The notes under the pieces were generated by a model. That model was given only the letters and a program-made list of their open reading frames with translations, was not told the DNA's origin and ran no database searches. Position numbers and translations under genes: made by a program. A DNA stretch of 64,000 bases from Octopus sinensis (taxonomy: Eukaryota), in contig NC_043001.1 in NCBI RefSeq assembly GCF_006345805.1, positions 101,990,001 through 102,054,000 on the forward strand. The letters are read 5' to 3'. Shown here one piece after another: positions 36,996 through 49,720 of the stretch. The first letter of the stretch is position 1, and the number at the start of each line of letters is the position of its first letter.

Positions 36996-37654
36996 ATTGT
37001 TGGGTAACTATTAGGAGAAGGAGCACTCATCACAAAAGCTGAGTGCCATAATTCACGGAGGCCAGTCCAGTGACCTGACTGTGTATGTGATGGGGTTTCA
37101 GGATTGTGACCTCATATTTACCTGCAGAGTTTCTCATAGCTGACTCATCTCCAGTGGCCCATGAGACAGTAAACTCCTCTGGAGAGCCTACCGTTCATTA
37201 TTTTATCCATTCAAGATGAAGAAGGCTCAGCAGTTGTAGCAGAGATGGCCAGCAGATGGCAATTTGCATGGAACATAAGCTGTTAGGAAATTATAAATTA
37301 TAATATTAAGTTAAACAGTTTTTCATGCTGCACTGTAAGGTCAGGATGAAGTCCATTGTCAAAATAGGTGATATTAGCCAAAACTGTGAAACTATAACAA
37401 ATTGGCTAGACCTTGGCAAACCTTTATAAGCAGAGATAATTGTAACCCCGAGTTTTTTGTGACTGTTTTTTCTGTGAGACAAAATTGTTCAATTGGATTC
37501 TGGAAGCTATGATTGCCTGTTAAGTTTAATGCACATTGTGCTTTGTGTTAGGCATTTATGGATTTATTTTATGCTCCAGGAATTCGCTAGAACTTTTGTG
37601 TCAGATTTAAAATAATTTCCATGTCACATCTGGGTCCAGGGTTTGAAAACTGAA

Positions 37655-37860
37655 TTTGTACTAAAATGGAAATCCAGATTTTATGAAATCCAAATTTTTG
37701 GAATCCATATGTTTTGAAAAACCAAATTTGTGAGGCCAGGTTTTGTGTGAGGCCAATTTTGGTAAAACCAAAATTTGTGAATCCAGGGTTACGGATCCAA
37801 GGCTTTGAAATTAAGTCGGTGAAGCCAGGTTTCTGAGTTCAAATTTCTGAAATATTTTGA
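37655..37860. repeat. Degenerate ~15-bp periodic array
   Basis: About a dozen units resembling RAAWCCARRTTTKTG. Confidence 0.55.
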
Positions 37861-38019
37861 CTGCACGTCTGGTGTGGCATTGGTTTATTTTTGTTCATAT
37901 ATATTTGTTTTTGTATGTAGGCTTTTTTTTTAATGCTGACAATTGTTAATAATATTTTACAAAAGACTTTGTGGTGTGTTGTTGTTTTGGGTTCACCCGA
38001 TCCTCATTGATTTTGTAAA

Positions 38020-38480
38020 TTCAGGCTATGGCCACCAATTACAGACATGTTTCACACCAAGAAAGGAATTTTGCAAAAGTAGGTTGTTTATGCCTGTCTG
38101 TTTTAACTTGTATTCAGAGGAGGTGAGGCATATGTCAAGGGATGATCACAGCTGGACCAGTGTTCATCAATGGCTGGCAGCTAAACTACCATTCCTTATA
38201 CTAATGATATCATACTGATGGCTACAGCATTGGCTAAGCCCTGAGAACTGATCACCAAAAAGATCAAGATCATTAGAGTTACCAGGAAACTGGAAGAGCT
38301 TGCCATTTGATGCAAATGGATCAAGCCAGACCAGGTTGATAATTTCAAGCACCTGGTTTCTATTGTCGATCAAACAGTATGTAGCCAGGAAGATGAGCCT
38401 TGAGGTCCTCAGTACAATATGAACAGATTGAAACTTCAGCAAAAACATCAAGCTTGGTCTGGCCATTATGAGTTGTGTGT
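38020..38480 (+). pseudogene. RTE RT fragment
   Basis: CFNLYSEEV, INGWQLN, YTNDIILMA (decayed YADD), VDNFKHLVS (FKYLGS). Confidence 0.75.
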
Positions 38481-39339
38481 GTGTGTGCTTGCATGCTTGT
38501 ATTATTAAAATTATGAGTCTAACAAAATACATTTTGTTTCAACCAAAGAACACATTAGGGAGCAGAGACCCTAATGGGTCTCTTGTCAATGATAGTCACT
38601 TATAGCTATTTGCAGAATATCATATAAATATCATATAAATACTACTACTACTACTGATAATAATAATTATAATCATAATGATAATAATAATAATAATCAT
38701 CATCATCATTATAGGATGGTAATGATAGAAGTGATGATGAAAGATAAAAATGTAAAATAAAAAATAAAAAAACAATAAAGTTTTATTATCGCTATTTTCT
38801 ATCTTTCTTTCTACTTATCTGTCTTTCATCACCAGAACCACCAACTTGTGGTTTTTCAATCTACACATCTCTCTTTCTCACCATTAATCCTTACATTAGT
38901 TTAGGTTGTTTGTGGTTGTGTATGTAAGTGTGTGTAGCTGCGTGTCTGTGTGTGTGTCTGTGTACTTTTGTTGATATTTTCAATTTATATTTTTTTAATT
39001 TTATCTCAACACTTATTTCTATATTTTTCACTTATTTTGATTTAAATTTCAATATTTATTTTTCTCTTTCATCTTTCTCATTACTAAAACCCATTACTAT
39101 AATTTATTCCTTTATTTTTCATTATCATTTTTATTCTTATTTTCTATATTTCCATTATTACTTTTGTTATCTATAAGTCATACTAATAGGAATGTATCTC
39201 ACTCTGCCACTACCTGTAAGTGGTACACACTACACATAGGTCTCTGATCCCTGACAAGTCTATCAGCATTATTTAAGCATATACAAGTATGTGTATATAT
39301 GTTTGTAAAATCATGACCATCCATGCATACGGGCATGTC

Positions 39340-40555
39340 CCCTACATTCCTCCTTCAGCCAAGAGATCCTAGTCTTGTGGGCTCGTGGGTGTTGGTGCCA
39401 TGTAAAAGCCTTAATGCCAATGTCACATAAAAGCACCCAGTCCATTCTCTGAAGTGGTTGGCATTAGGAAGGGCATCCAGCTGTACAAACCCAGCCAAAG
39501 CAGGCAATTGAAGCCTGGTGCAACTCTCCCACTGGCTACCTCCTGTTGGACTGTCCATCCCATGCCATAGACATTAAATGATAATGATGATCATATATAT
39601 ATATATATATATATATATTTGCCAACTAAGTGTGGCAGTCCCATTGAGGACGATGCTACTGTTGTTTTTAGCCCCAGGAGGACATCTCATCCAGCTGGGT
39701 TAACGTGCTTGTGTTGACCCGCCAAGCCAAGTGAGACTGTAGCCATGGCTGATAACAATGTCAGGTCAATAGCATCCATGCCAGTGGCACATAAAACGCA
39801 CTAACTACATTCTCAGAGTGGTTGGTGTTCGAAAGGGCATCCAACTGTAGAAACGTTGTCAAATCAGATTGGACCCTGGTATTGCCCCCGGCTTGCCAGT
39901 TTTCAGTTAAACTGTCCAACCCATGCCAGTATGGAAAGCGGACGTTAAACGATGATGATGTATATAAGTGGCCATCCATTTGTTATGACGAGTGTTCCAG
40001 TTGATCTGATTGCCAAAACAATCTACATATGAAAGAAACACATAAGTGGCTGAGTACTCCATAGACATGTGTACCCTTCACATAGTTCTGAGGGAGATTC
40101 AGCATGTCACAGAATGGGTTAGTCCTTTGAAATACAGGTACTACCCATTTTTTTTTCCTACTCCAGGCACAAGGGCTGAAATTTGGGAGGAGGAAGCCAG
40201 TCAATTAGATTGACCCCAGTATGCAACTGGTACTTAACTTATCGACCCTGAAAGGATGAAAGGCAAAGTCGACCTTGGTGGAATTTGAACTCAGAATGTA
40301 AAAACAGAAAAAAATACCTATTTCTTTACTACCCACAAGGGGGTAAACACAGAGGAAACACACGAGGACAGACAAACGGATTAAGTCGATTACATCGACC
40401 CCAGTGCGTAACTGGTACTTATTTAATCGACCCCGAAAGGATGAAAGGCAAAGTCAACCTCGGCAGAATTTGAACTCAGAACGTAACAGCAGACGAAATA
40501 CAGCTACGCATTTCGCCCGGCGTGCTAACGTTTCTGCCAACTCACCACCTTAGGG
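39340..40555. mobile_element. Cluster of nested and adjacent SINE fragments
   Basis: Two RTE-tail copies (+), a GTGGCTGAGTACTCC..GAAATACAGGTAC-type body at ~40040-40145, and two Meta-like copies (-). Confidence 0.7.
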
Positions 40556-41358
40556 ACTTCCCATTTTTGCCACCTCAGTGCACTGGAACAATGGGAAATG
40601 AAGTGTCTTGCTCAAGAACACAATGCACTGCTGGCAATTGAACTTGTGACCTTATGATCATGACCGAAATACCCTAACCACTAAACCACTTATATATACA
40701 TGTATACACACACACACACGCACACATGCATGCACATACACCATGAAATGAAAAGATAGTATTACATTAGATTGGTGTATGCTCAGTGTTCTCCACCACC
40801 ACCACCACCACCACCATCCATGCCATGTTATTCCCTTCCCCTCTACCTTTCCAACTCATAATCTTTAAGTGGGATTTGACAGCATCATCTCTGTGATATC
40901 AAAATGCACCCTATCAGTTTCCCAACCTGATCTGCCCTCCATTGCTCATTCCTCCTCCTCCACCTCCCTCAGGCAGTGGCATCCATTCCTTATAAATCAG
41001 AATAACATTACAGACATCACCGGTTCGACTGCCTCACTGATCACATCTGGATGTCTTCCATAAGCGTTTCGTTTGTGAGATTCAAGTGCAAGAAAGGTGA
41101 CAATGTTGCACCTGTGTAAAAGAGTGAAAAACCGTCCAAATTAATGCGTTGTTGCCATGAAGACAAGAAGCAAATAAGAAACACGATTCAATAGAGCAAC
41201 AGTTGCTGCTTCAAGCTGATGCCATTTCTGTTGGCTTCCCTAGTCACGAGCATGCTGACTGGTGGGAAGAAGATGAAATAAAATCGGTGTTAATGAATTC
41301 TTTAAGATTATTTCTCTGCTATTCCTACAAGAACTTCATCCAAAGTTCACACTTATAC

Positions 41359-41515
41359 CTTAACCCATTGGTGGCATCGCAGGGGGAATAGTGAGTGGCA
41401 AGAGCATCCACCTTATTTCAGGATCATTTCTGGCGATTAAACGACCATCTGGGTGGACATAGGTATTGTCCGAAATTAGTTGTGCAGTCATCGCCACATC
41501 AGCGTTTCTGCGTTG
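41359..41515 (-). CDS. Candidate exon of an unidentified gene
   Basis: Strong acceptor (TCTCTTTTCTCTCTCTCACCTTTCATTTCAG), open frame QRRNADVAMTAQLISDNTYVHPDGRLIARNDPEIR.., donors AAG|GTGGAT and AAG|GTATAAG. No homology recognised. Confidence 0.3.
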
Positions 41516-42769
41516 CTGAAATGAAAGGTGAGAGAGAGAAAAGAGAACCGTTAAAGTTATACATTTTAAACCTAGAATTCTTGGAATGGTAAAAATGTCT
41601 TGGCAGTTAGTAGCATTATGCTTAAATCTTACAAATGTGCTCCCTTTGCCACTATCGATATTTTTAAAAGAGAAAGAGAAAAGGGGAAAAGATAAAGAGA
41701 AAAAGAAAGTATTGAACCCAACCCTGGTATTTTAAACATCACCCACAAAATGATGAAAGGCAAAGTTGACATTGACAGGATTTGAACCCGGAATACAGAC
41801 ATCCAGAACAAATACCACATGACATTCTATTCAATGCTCTAATAATGCTGACAGTTAACACATACACGCACACATACACAGAAACATTGTTTCTCCTACA
41901 TGTATGCTAGTTCCACAAAAAGAGCACCTGTGCTGGTGCCACATAAAAAATACTCAAGCCAGTGCCAACATTGGTGCTGGAACCATGTAATAAACACCTG
42001 TGCCGGTGCTACATAAAAAGGACCTGAGCCAGTCCTACATGAAAAGGACCTGTGTTGGTGCCAAATAAAAAGTACTTATGCTGGTATCATGTAAAAACGC
42101 TACCAGCCCCCTCTGTAAATTGTTTGGGTTTAGGAAAGGCATCCAGCTGTAGAAACCTTGCCAGAACAGACCATGGGACCTGGTGCGACTCCTGGCCTTG
42201 CCAGCTCCTGTCAAACTCCAGTATGTACCAGCATGGAAATGGGTGTTAAATGATGATGATGGTGGCGGTGGCGGTGGCGGCGGCGGTGGTGGTGGTGATG
42301 ACGATGACAACGATGACCCATCTTCAGTTACTTCATTATTTCTCACATGCTTTTCCAGCATTGAAAGTCATTTGCCAATGAAGACAAAGTATGAAAGATT
42401 TATGTATGCTGCTGCTGCAGCTGATGATGATGATGATGATGATGGTAGATGATGATGCTGGATGATGTCACGTATTATTCCAGGGTGGTCAGTATTGGAA
42501 GTTCACTTGACCAGTGAAAGTAATGAAGTAAGTCTTAAGCCCAATCTAATTAAAATCACATCAGTAGTGCAACTGGAAGAAGCTGGATTATTTCATGCTC
42601 AACACATTCCTTTCGCTTCTTACAATTTCTCTCATTATCCGATGTTGCTTCACAAGTCCAGTTTCTATTAATAAATATTGGATTCTGACATCTATTAAGA
42701 AATGGCAGAATTCTATGCCAGCATCACCATATTCTTCATCATTGTTTTCGTTATAATGATCATCCGTAT

Positions 42770-42825
42770 TGTCGTCGTCATCATTATTTTCCTCTTCCTC
42801 CTCCTCTTCCTCCTCCTCCTCCTCC

Positions 42826-42863
<38 letters not shown>

Positions 42864-42888
42864 TCATCATCATCATCATCACCATCAT

Positions 42889-42920
<32 letters not shown>

Positions 42921-43030
42921 TCATTATCATCATCACCATCATCATCTCACTCATCATCACCATCATCATATCATCATCACCAATCATCATTATCTCACTC
43001 ATCATCATCATTACCATCATCATCATCCTA
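42770..43030. repeat. (CCT)n/(CAT)n/(CAC)n trinucleotide tract
   Basis: Direct reading; explains the poly-Ser/His/Ile ORFs. Confidence 0.9.
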
Positions 43031-43309
43031 CTCCACTAAGATGCTCTGTAAGTAACTCTCTCCCAGAGCAAGCTTCTACAGTTGCCGTCCACTTTGTTCC
43101 TAACATCACAATACATGCCCCCCACCCCCATTTTACCAAAACCTTTCCTTCTCCACTCTGCCAATCATACACATCAAGCACAAAAATGCCCCCAGTCCAT
43201 ACACATCAATACAGTTACTGATCCCTTTTAAATTACTTCCATTGCTCTTATATTTTGTTCCCTACAACTATCCTCTTTTCCTTACAAAATTTCTTCATGC
43301 TTGACTCAA

Positions 43310-43430
43310 CCCCAACCTCTGGAAGCATTCCATAGTGTGTCCCTTCTCCAATAACTTCAGCCTCTCAGATGCCGTCTCTAAATTTCTACAACTCAAAAAT
43401 CAATCAACTTCTTCGCCAGGGTTTCTCATC
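43310..43430 (+). pseudogene. Possible CR1/Jockey-type RT fragment
   Basis: LWKHSIVCP..FSLSDAVSKF resembles WK.S.V.P..NYRPISL.S..SK. Confidence 0.3.
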
Positions 43431-44384
43431 CATTTTTCTGCCTACGGAGCCTGCTTTGGTTCCTTTTTTGCTCTACTGGACCCCTAAAGCTATTTAATGT
43501 TTTAAAACAGTCACATTATATTTTTATAATGAAATATTCTTAGGAATTGTTTAAAAAATTGTTAAACTATTTCGTGTTTGGTAGAAGTATAACCGATTTA
43601 TTGGAAGATAAATTTTATAAACAAAATCTGATTTGGGGCCCCAAGAGTCATGGTTCCTGGTTGAGAACCACTGTTCTGCCCCTTGAATCAGTTTCCTTCT
43701 TGACTGACTAAAGCCTTGTGAGTGAATTTGGTAGATGGAAGCTAAAATAAGCTTGTCGGATACTTGTGTGTGTGTGTGGGGGGGTAATGTGATGGAATAG
43801 GGACTTCAAATTTGGACAGTTACCTTATGAGCACTCTGATACAATCCAGATCTGGCTAACCACATTAACTGATAGAAAACATTCAGAAGTGTTTAAGATA
43901 AACAAAAACTCAAAATCGTAGCAATGGCCATTGCCCCCTGACAGGCTCCAGTGCTGGTGGCACATAAAATGCACCATCCAAACGCGACCAATGCCAGGCT
44001 CACCTGACTAGCTCCTGTGCTGGTGGCATGTAAAAAGCACCCACTACACTCTTGGAATAGTTGGTATTAGAAGGGCATCCAGCTGTAGAGACTTTGCCAG
44101 ATCAGATTGGAGCCTGGTACAGCCTTCTGACTTGCCAGACCCCAGTCGAACCGTCCAACCCATGCCAGCATGGAAAACGGACATTAAACGATGATGATGA
44201 TGATGAATTAAACTGAACTTCACACAACAGGGAAATCCTGAGTTCACTTCATTGCATTTCAGAGGATGTAAAGAAGATATCAAAAAGGAAAATGGGGAAT
44301 TATGTAACTTGCAAATTTATTTATCAAAATATTTTATTCGTGTTCCATTCCGATGCATATTTCTGATAGATAAGCGATTATTTA

Positions 44385-44540
44385 CATAATTTACATTCAA
44401 CGGATATTTGTCCTGACCTTGTTTTTGTTAACACAACATTTTGGCTGATATACCCTCCAGCCTTCATCAGGTGTCTTGGAGAAATTTTGAACCTGGGTTT
44501 TCATTCCTAAGGTATTTTTCGATATTATTATTATTATCAT

Positions 44541-44571
<31 letters not shown>

Positions 44572-44745
44572 TTTATTATTATTATTATTATCATTATTAT
44601 TATTATTATATTATTATTAGACACCTAATGAAGGCTGGAGGGTATATCAGCCGAAACATTGTGTTAACAACAAACAAGATGAGGACAAATATCCGTCAAA
44701 TGTAAATAATGTACATAATTCCTAATCTCTTAAATATAGAACTGA
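44385..44745. mobile_element. Head-to-head inverted pair of hammerhead elements sharing one (AAT)n
   Basis: Minus hammerhead 44430-44475 and plus hammerhead 44620-44665; the plus copy starts at the first base of stem I. Confidence 0.85.
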
Positions 44746-45077
44746 AGTGTCCTGTTGTCCTTTGAAAGCAATTGTATGAGTGACGCTTTCAATAAAGCTG
44801 ATTAGGATTGTCAACTTTTAGATTTGAATGTGTTCCAACTAGATACACATATATGAAAGGACACTAGGGATACTCATCCAGCAGAGACATGTGTCAGAAG
44901 GGAATGCAAAGAAAATGCTTTGATGAATACATTTTGATGATGCACAACTCTTCATTCTTCATTATATATATATATATATATATATATACTTCTAATATAG
45001 GATAAATTTTTTTTTCAAAAAAATTTCATGAAGTGGCCAGCATATTAAAATACCTTTTAAGGTGAAAATTATAAACA

Positions 45078-45384
45078 ATTATAAATAAGGGCAAAAGAAA
45101 GAAATTCTTTGCCAATATTCTGAGAAATAGACTTTAAGTCATCAATCACCGCATACAATATACATCACTATAAATACACATCATGGAAAAATCCGTTGGA
45201 TTAATCCCGAAATCGATTGATATGGAGATAACACATTTTTTAAAAACCTTCTGTTAGTTTGCTTTCCTTGATTCAACAGGATGCATATTTATAGTGATGT
45301 ATATTGTTAGTGGGGATTGACAATTTAAAGTCTATTTCTCAGCATATTGGCAGAGAATCTTTTTCTTTTGCCCTTATTTATGAT
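45078..45384. repeat. ~105-bp imperfect inverted repeat with ~100-bp spacer
   Basis: 45078-45182 versus the reverse complement of 45281-45384 (AAATAAGGGCAAAAGAAA..GAGAAATAGACTTTAA..ACAATATACATCACTATAAATA). Confidence 0.8.
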
Positions 45385-45628
45385 TGTGTGTGTGTGTATA
45401 CATATATAAATATACATATATATAATCATCATCATCATCAGCATCATCATTTAATGTCTGTTATCCATGCTGGCATGGGTTGGACAGTGTGATCAAAGCT
45501 GGGAAGCTGCACCAGACTCCAGTCTGATTTGGCAGGGTTTCTATAGCTGGATGCCTACAATGCGGGTGCTTTTACGTGGCACCACACGGGTGCTTTTACG
45601 TGGCACCACATGGGTGCTTTTACATAAA

Positions 45629-46898
45629 TCAGGTCATCCCATAAGTTCTGTCCGATTTTACCTTTTTTAAATATTGAATGAAATTTTATAGTATTTTAGA
45701 ATGTCTAATGGAATTAAAAATTATTTTTATGCATTTGTGTACATTTAAACTAATTAAATATTACTTTACAGAATAATAGAATTAAAATTTCTTTGATTAA
45801 AACCCTTTCTAACATGGAAGTATCCAAAGAGCATTTGAGGCACATAATGCTTTATGAGTACAAAAATGGAAACTCTGCAGCTGAAGCGACTCGAAACATA
45901 CACTCAGTTTATGGGAAAGAATGCTTGAATGAAAGAACTTGCAGAAGATGGTTTGCAAAATTCAGAAGTGGAGATTTCAGCCTTGAAGATGAAGATTAAA
46001 CAAGACGTCCAGTTGATTTTGATGATAAGCTCCTTGAGGCATTACTTGAAGAAAATCCTGCATTATCAGTTGAAGAAGTGGCAATATAGCTTAGTTCAAA
46101 CCATACAACTGTTCATCGTCATCTTCAACAACTTGGAAAGGTTCCTAAACTTGGAAAATGGGTGCCTCATGAATTGTCTGAAAGCAACTGCAAATCCCGA
46201 GTTGACATCTGCTCTTCTCTCCATTCTCGCGAACTCATTTCACCTTTTTCGGGTAGACTTGTGACTGGTAATGAAAAATGAATCTTCTATCGAAATGTTA
46301 AATGTCGTAAACAGTGGCTTGGTAAAAGGGAAAAAGCTCAACCACAACCGAGAAGGGAACTTCATGGGAAAAAGGTTCTTCTCTCTATCTGGTGGGATTG
46401 CAAAGGAGTAATTCACTTTGAATTGTTACCACCTAATGCAACAATCAATGCTCAAGTCTACTGTCAGCAATTAGAGCATTTGAACCAAGCTTTGAAGAAA
46501 AAAGACCTGCTTTAGTGTATCGAAAAGGAGTGATGTTTCATCAGGACAATGTGCAACCCCACACTGCAAAGATCACATCACAGAAGATCGAAAAGCTTGG
46601 TTGGGAAAAAATTCCTCATCCACCTTATTCTCTTAACCTTGCTCCTACAGACTACCATTTGTTTCGTAGTTTACAGAATCATTTGGGAGAAGCCAGGAGG
46701 AGGTCGAAATTGACATTTCAAAGTTCTTCATTTTGAAACCAAAAGAGTTTTACATTGATGGGATTAAAAAGCTTGTAAATAGATGGAAGGAAGTCATAGA
46801 TAATCAGGGAAAGTACATTGATGATTAAATTTCAATTAATCATTTGATCACTTGTTTTCTTTATTGAAAATATGCACAGAACTTATGGGATGACCTGA
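45629..46898 (+). mobile_element. Near full-length mariner element (~1.27 kb)
   Basis: 23-bp perfect TIRs TCAGGTCATCCCATAAGTTCTGT; TA on the right, AA on the left. Confidence 0.95.
45814..46828 (+). pseudogene. Mariner DD34D transposase pseudogene
   Basis: MEVSKEHLRH..HTH region, WVPHEL, VTGNEK (first catalytic D to N), HQDN, HPPYSLNLAPTDYHLF, ends KYIDD*. Three in-frame stops and two frameshifts. Confidence 0.95.
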
Positions 46899-48152
46899 TA
46901 TATATATGTATGTATGTCATAGTAATAATAATAATAATCGTCATCGTCATCATCATCATCATTTAACATCCGTTTTCCATGCTGGCATGGGTTGGATGCT
47001 TTGACTGGAGCTGGTAAGTCAGAGAGCTGCACCAAGCGCCATTGTCTGTTTTGGCATGGTTTCTATGGCTGGATGCCCTTCCTAATGCCAACCACTTTAC
47101 AGAGTGGCACTGGGGGCTTTTTATGTGGTACCAGCACACTAAAGGATATACCTTTTACCCTTTACTTGTTTCCAGCATTAGACTATGACCATGCTGGGGC
47201 ACCACTTTGAGGAATTTTCCATCAGATGAATCGACTCCAGTACTTATTTGATTTTTAAGCCTGATACTTATTCTATCAGTCTATTTTACTGAACTGCTAA
47301 GTTATGGGGACATAAACACACCAACACGGGTTGTTAAGAAGTAGTAGGAGACAAACACTGACACAAGGACACACTCAAACTAACACACACAGATACGTGA
47401 TGGGTTTCTTTCAGTTTCCATCTACCAAATCCAGCTCACAAGGCTTTGGTTCACCTGAGGCTATAGTGGAAGACACTTGCCCAATGTGTCATGCAGTGAG
47501 ACTGAACCTGGGACCTTGTGGTTGGGAAGCAAACTTCTTACTACACAGCCAGAAGTGATGTATATTACGTATAATCACTTATCTTTAGTTCAACAGTCGC
47601 TGATGAGGTGAATAGTCACAAAATCACCAAAATGTCTCATAAGGCATGTTGTGATAAATATTCCATTTAATTTTTATGTGATTTATTTGAGGTTCATTTT
47701 TCTTCATTTAATTTACAGACATAAAATCATAGCACTGCCTACCTGCTGAGTTGTTGAGCACTCCCAACGTTTGAATATCTTGCTTAGATGGTCTAAAATT
47801 GCATTGTCTGGTTTCATGTGTCTGTCTTTTATATGTGCATGTACGTATATGCACATGTGCATGTGTGTGTGTGCATTTGTGTGTATGTGTTTGCTCGTTC
47901 TCTCTTTTCTTTCACTGTCCCTCTCACTTTTCTTTTACCTCTGCCTTCTTTTACTTTCATTTTATCTGACTTATTATTGACAAAAATGTATTAAATATTT
48001 GAAGAGGAACAGTATTCTAATCCTTCCCTTTCATTACCTTTCTCCCTCTCTCTCTCATTCTCTTTCACTTTCTCTCTCTCTCTCATTCTCTCTCTCTCAT
48101 TATCTCTCTCTCTTTCTCTCTCATTCTCTCTCTCTTCTCTCTCCTCTCTCTC

Positions 48153-48199
<47 letters not shown>

Positions 48200-49440
48200 G
48201 AGATAAAATTCACATCCTACAATCTGTGTTTAATACAAGTTGCTGTATAAAATTATTCTAACAGTTATATCTTGCCAAAAATTGTAGGGAGTTAAGATTC
48301 CATTAGATTCAAGCCGCGTCTATCTGTGGCTATGATTAACCCATTCCAGAGCTTCTACAAGACAAAGGAATTTCTGATGGTGACAGTTCTTTACAGCAAT
48401 AGATCTAAGTTATCTAAAGACTGTGATTGTTTGTGATTTCTGCTAATCACTTCTTCTGGCACCAAGAACAATGGTAAACAGCCTTTCAGGACAGAAAATT
48501 AATGACAATCAGAAACATTTATACAAGAGTAGGGATCTCTCTGAAGAATATCAGCAAAGGAATACGCAGCCAACATTGGTTGGTGTCGTTGTTATTATTC
48601 GTTGTCATTGTTGCATCTGTTGTTGTTTTTGAGGTTACAAGTGATGGGAATACAACAGGTATTGGTGGTGGTGGTGGTGGTGACGATGGTGGTAGTGGTG
48701 GTGGTGGTGGTGGTGGTGGTAGTGATGGTGGTCATCGTCATCGTCGTCGCTGCCGTCATGGCAGTAGTGGTTGTAGCGATGGTGGCAGCAATGTAATCAG
48801 GCATCCACTACCAATTCTGGTTGCAATTGATCAAAATGTTTCGTATTGATGCAACAGCTCATACATCATCATTTGGAATCTACTAATCTACTGGTGTTTC
48901 ATGGCATTCTTAATCCTGCATGCTTCAGTTCTCCAAGCTATCAGCAATGGTATACCCAGATACTCTGGGATATTTACTGCTAATAGATATGCATTCTACC
49001 CATGGAGAGATTTAACTCTCGTTCGTTTATTGCTATTAAAGCAAAGTTAAGCACCGTTCACCTGAGGGGATTTTTGGAGTTCTTTGTAGTTAAAGCTGCA
49101 TCTTGTGTTGGCAGTTGATTATAATCAGTGGCCAAGTAGATGTGAAAAGTCATCCACTCGGTTGAAAAGTCATGGCTAAAATCTCCCCATTCCCACTATA
49201 TTATTACTATTATTATTATTGTTATTATTATTATTATCATTGAGCAGCAAGCATGCAGAATCGTTAGCACACCAGGCAGTCTCTATGTTCTAAGTTCAAA
49301 TTCCACTGAGGTTGACTTTGCCTTTCATCTTTTTGGTGTTGATAAATTAAGTACCAGTTATGTACTGGGGTCGATCTAATCAACTGGCCCCCTCCCCTGC
49401 CTAGAGTAGAAAAAAAACTATTATTATTATTATTATTAAT

Positions 49441-49720
49441 ATATACAGGATTGAGGTAACTCCTCCTGAAGATACAAAAGCAAAAATAGAAGAGTGCCAT
49501 TGTTATCAAGTGAACGAAATTTTGACAGGTTCAAAAAATATTGTCCATTTGATAACAGTGGCTCTCTTCTATTTTTTGCTTTTATATCTTTTGGAAAAGT
49601 TACCTCAGTCCTATAAATATTACCAAAAGTGAAGTAGATTGACAAGCTTATTTTTTGAACCTGTTGATGACACACGAGATGTCAAAATATCATTCACTTG
49701 GTAACAATGGCACTCTTCTT
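49441..49720. mobile_element. Fold-back structure of hammerhead-like family 2
   Basis: ~70-bp inverted arms 49441-49510 / 49549-49620; GAAC-CTGTTGA-TGACA..TGTC-AAAATATC-ATTC at 49657-49696; deleted inverted copy at 49510-49540. Confidence 0.65.

Noticed and set aside
42702-43221. Poly-His/Ser/Ile ORFs
   Set aside because: Explained by (CAT)n/(CCT)n trinucleotide repeats.
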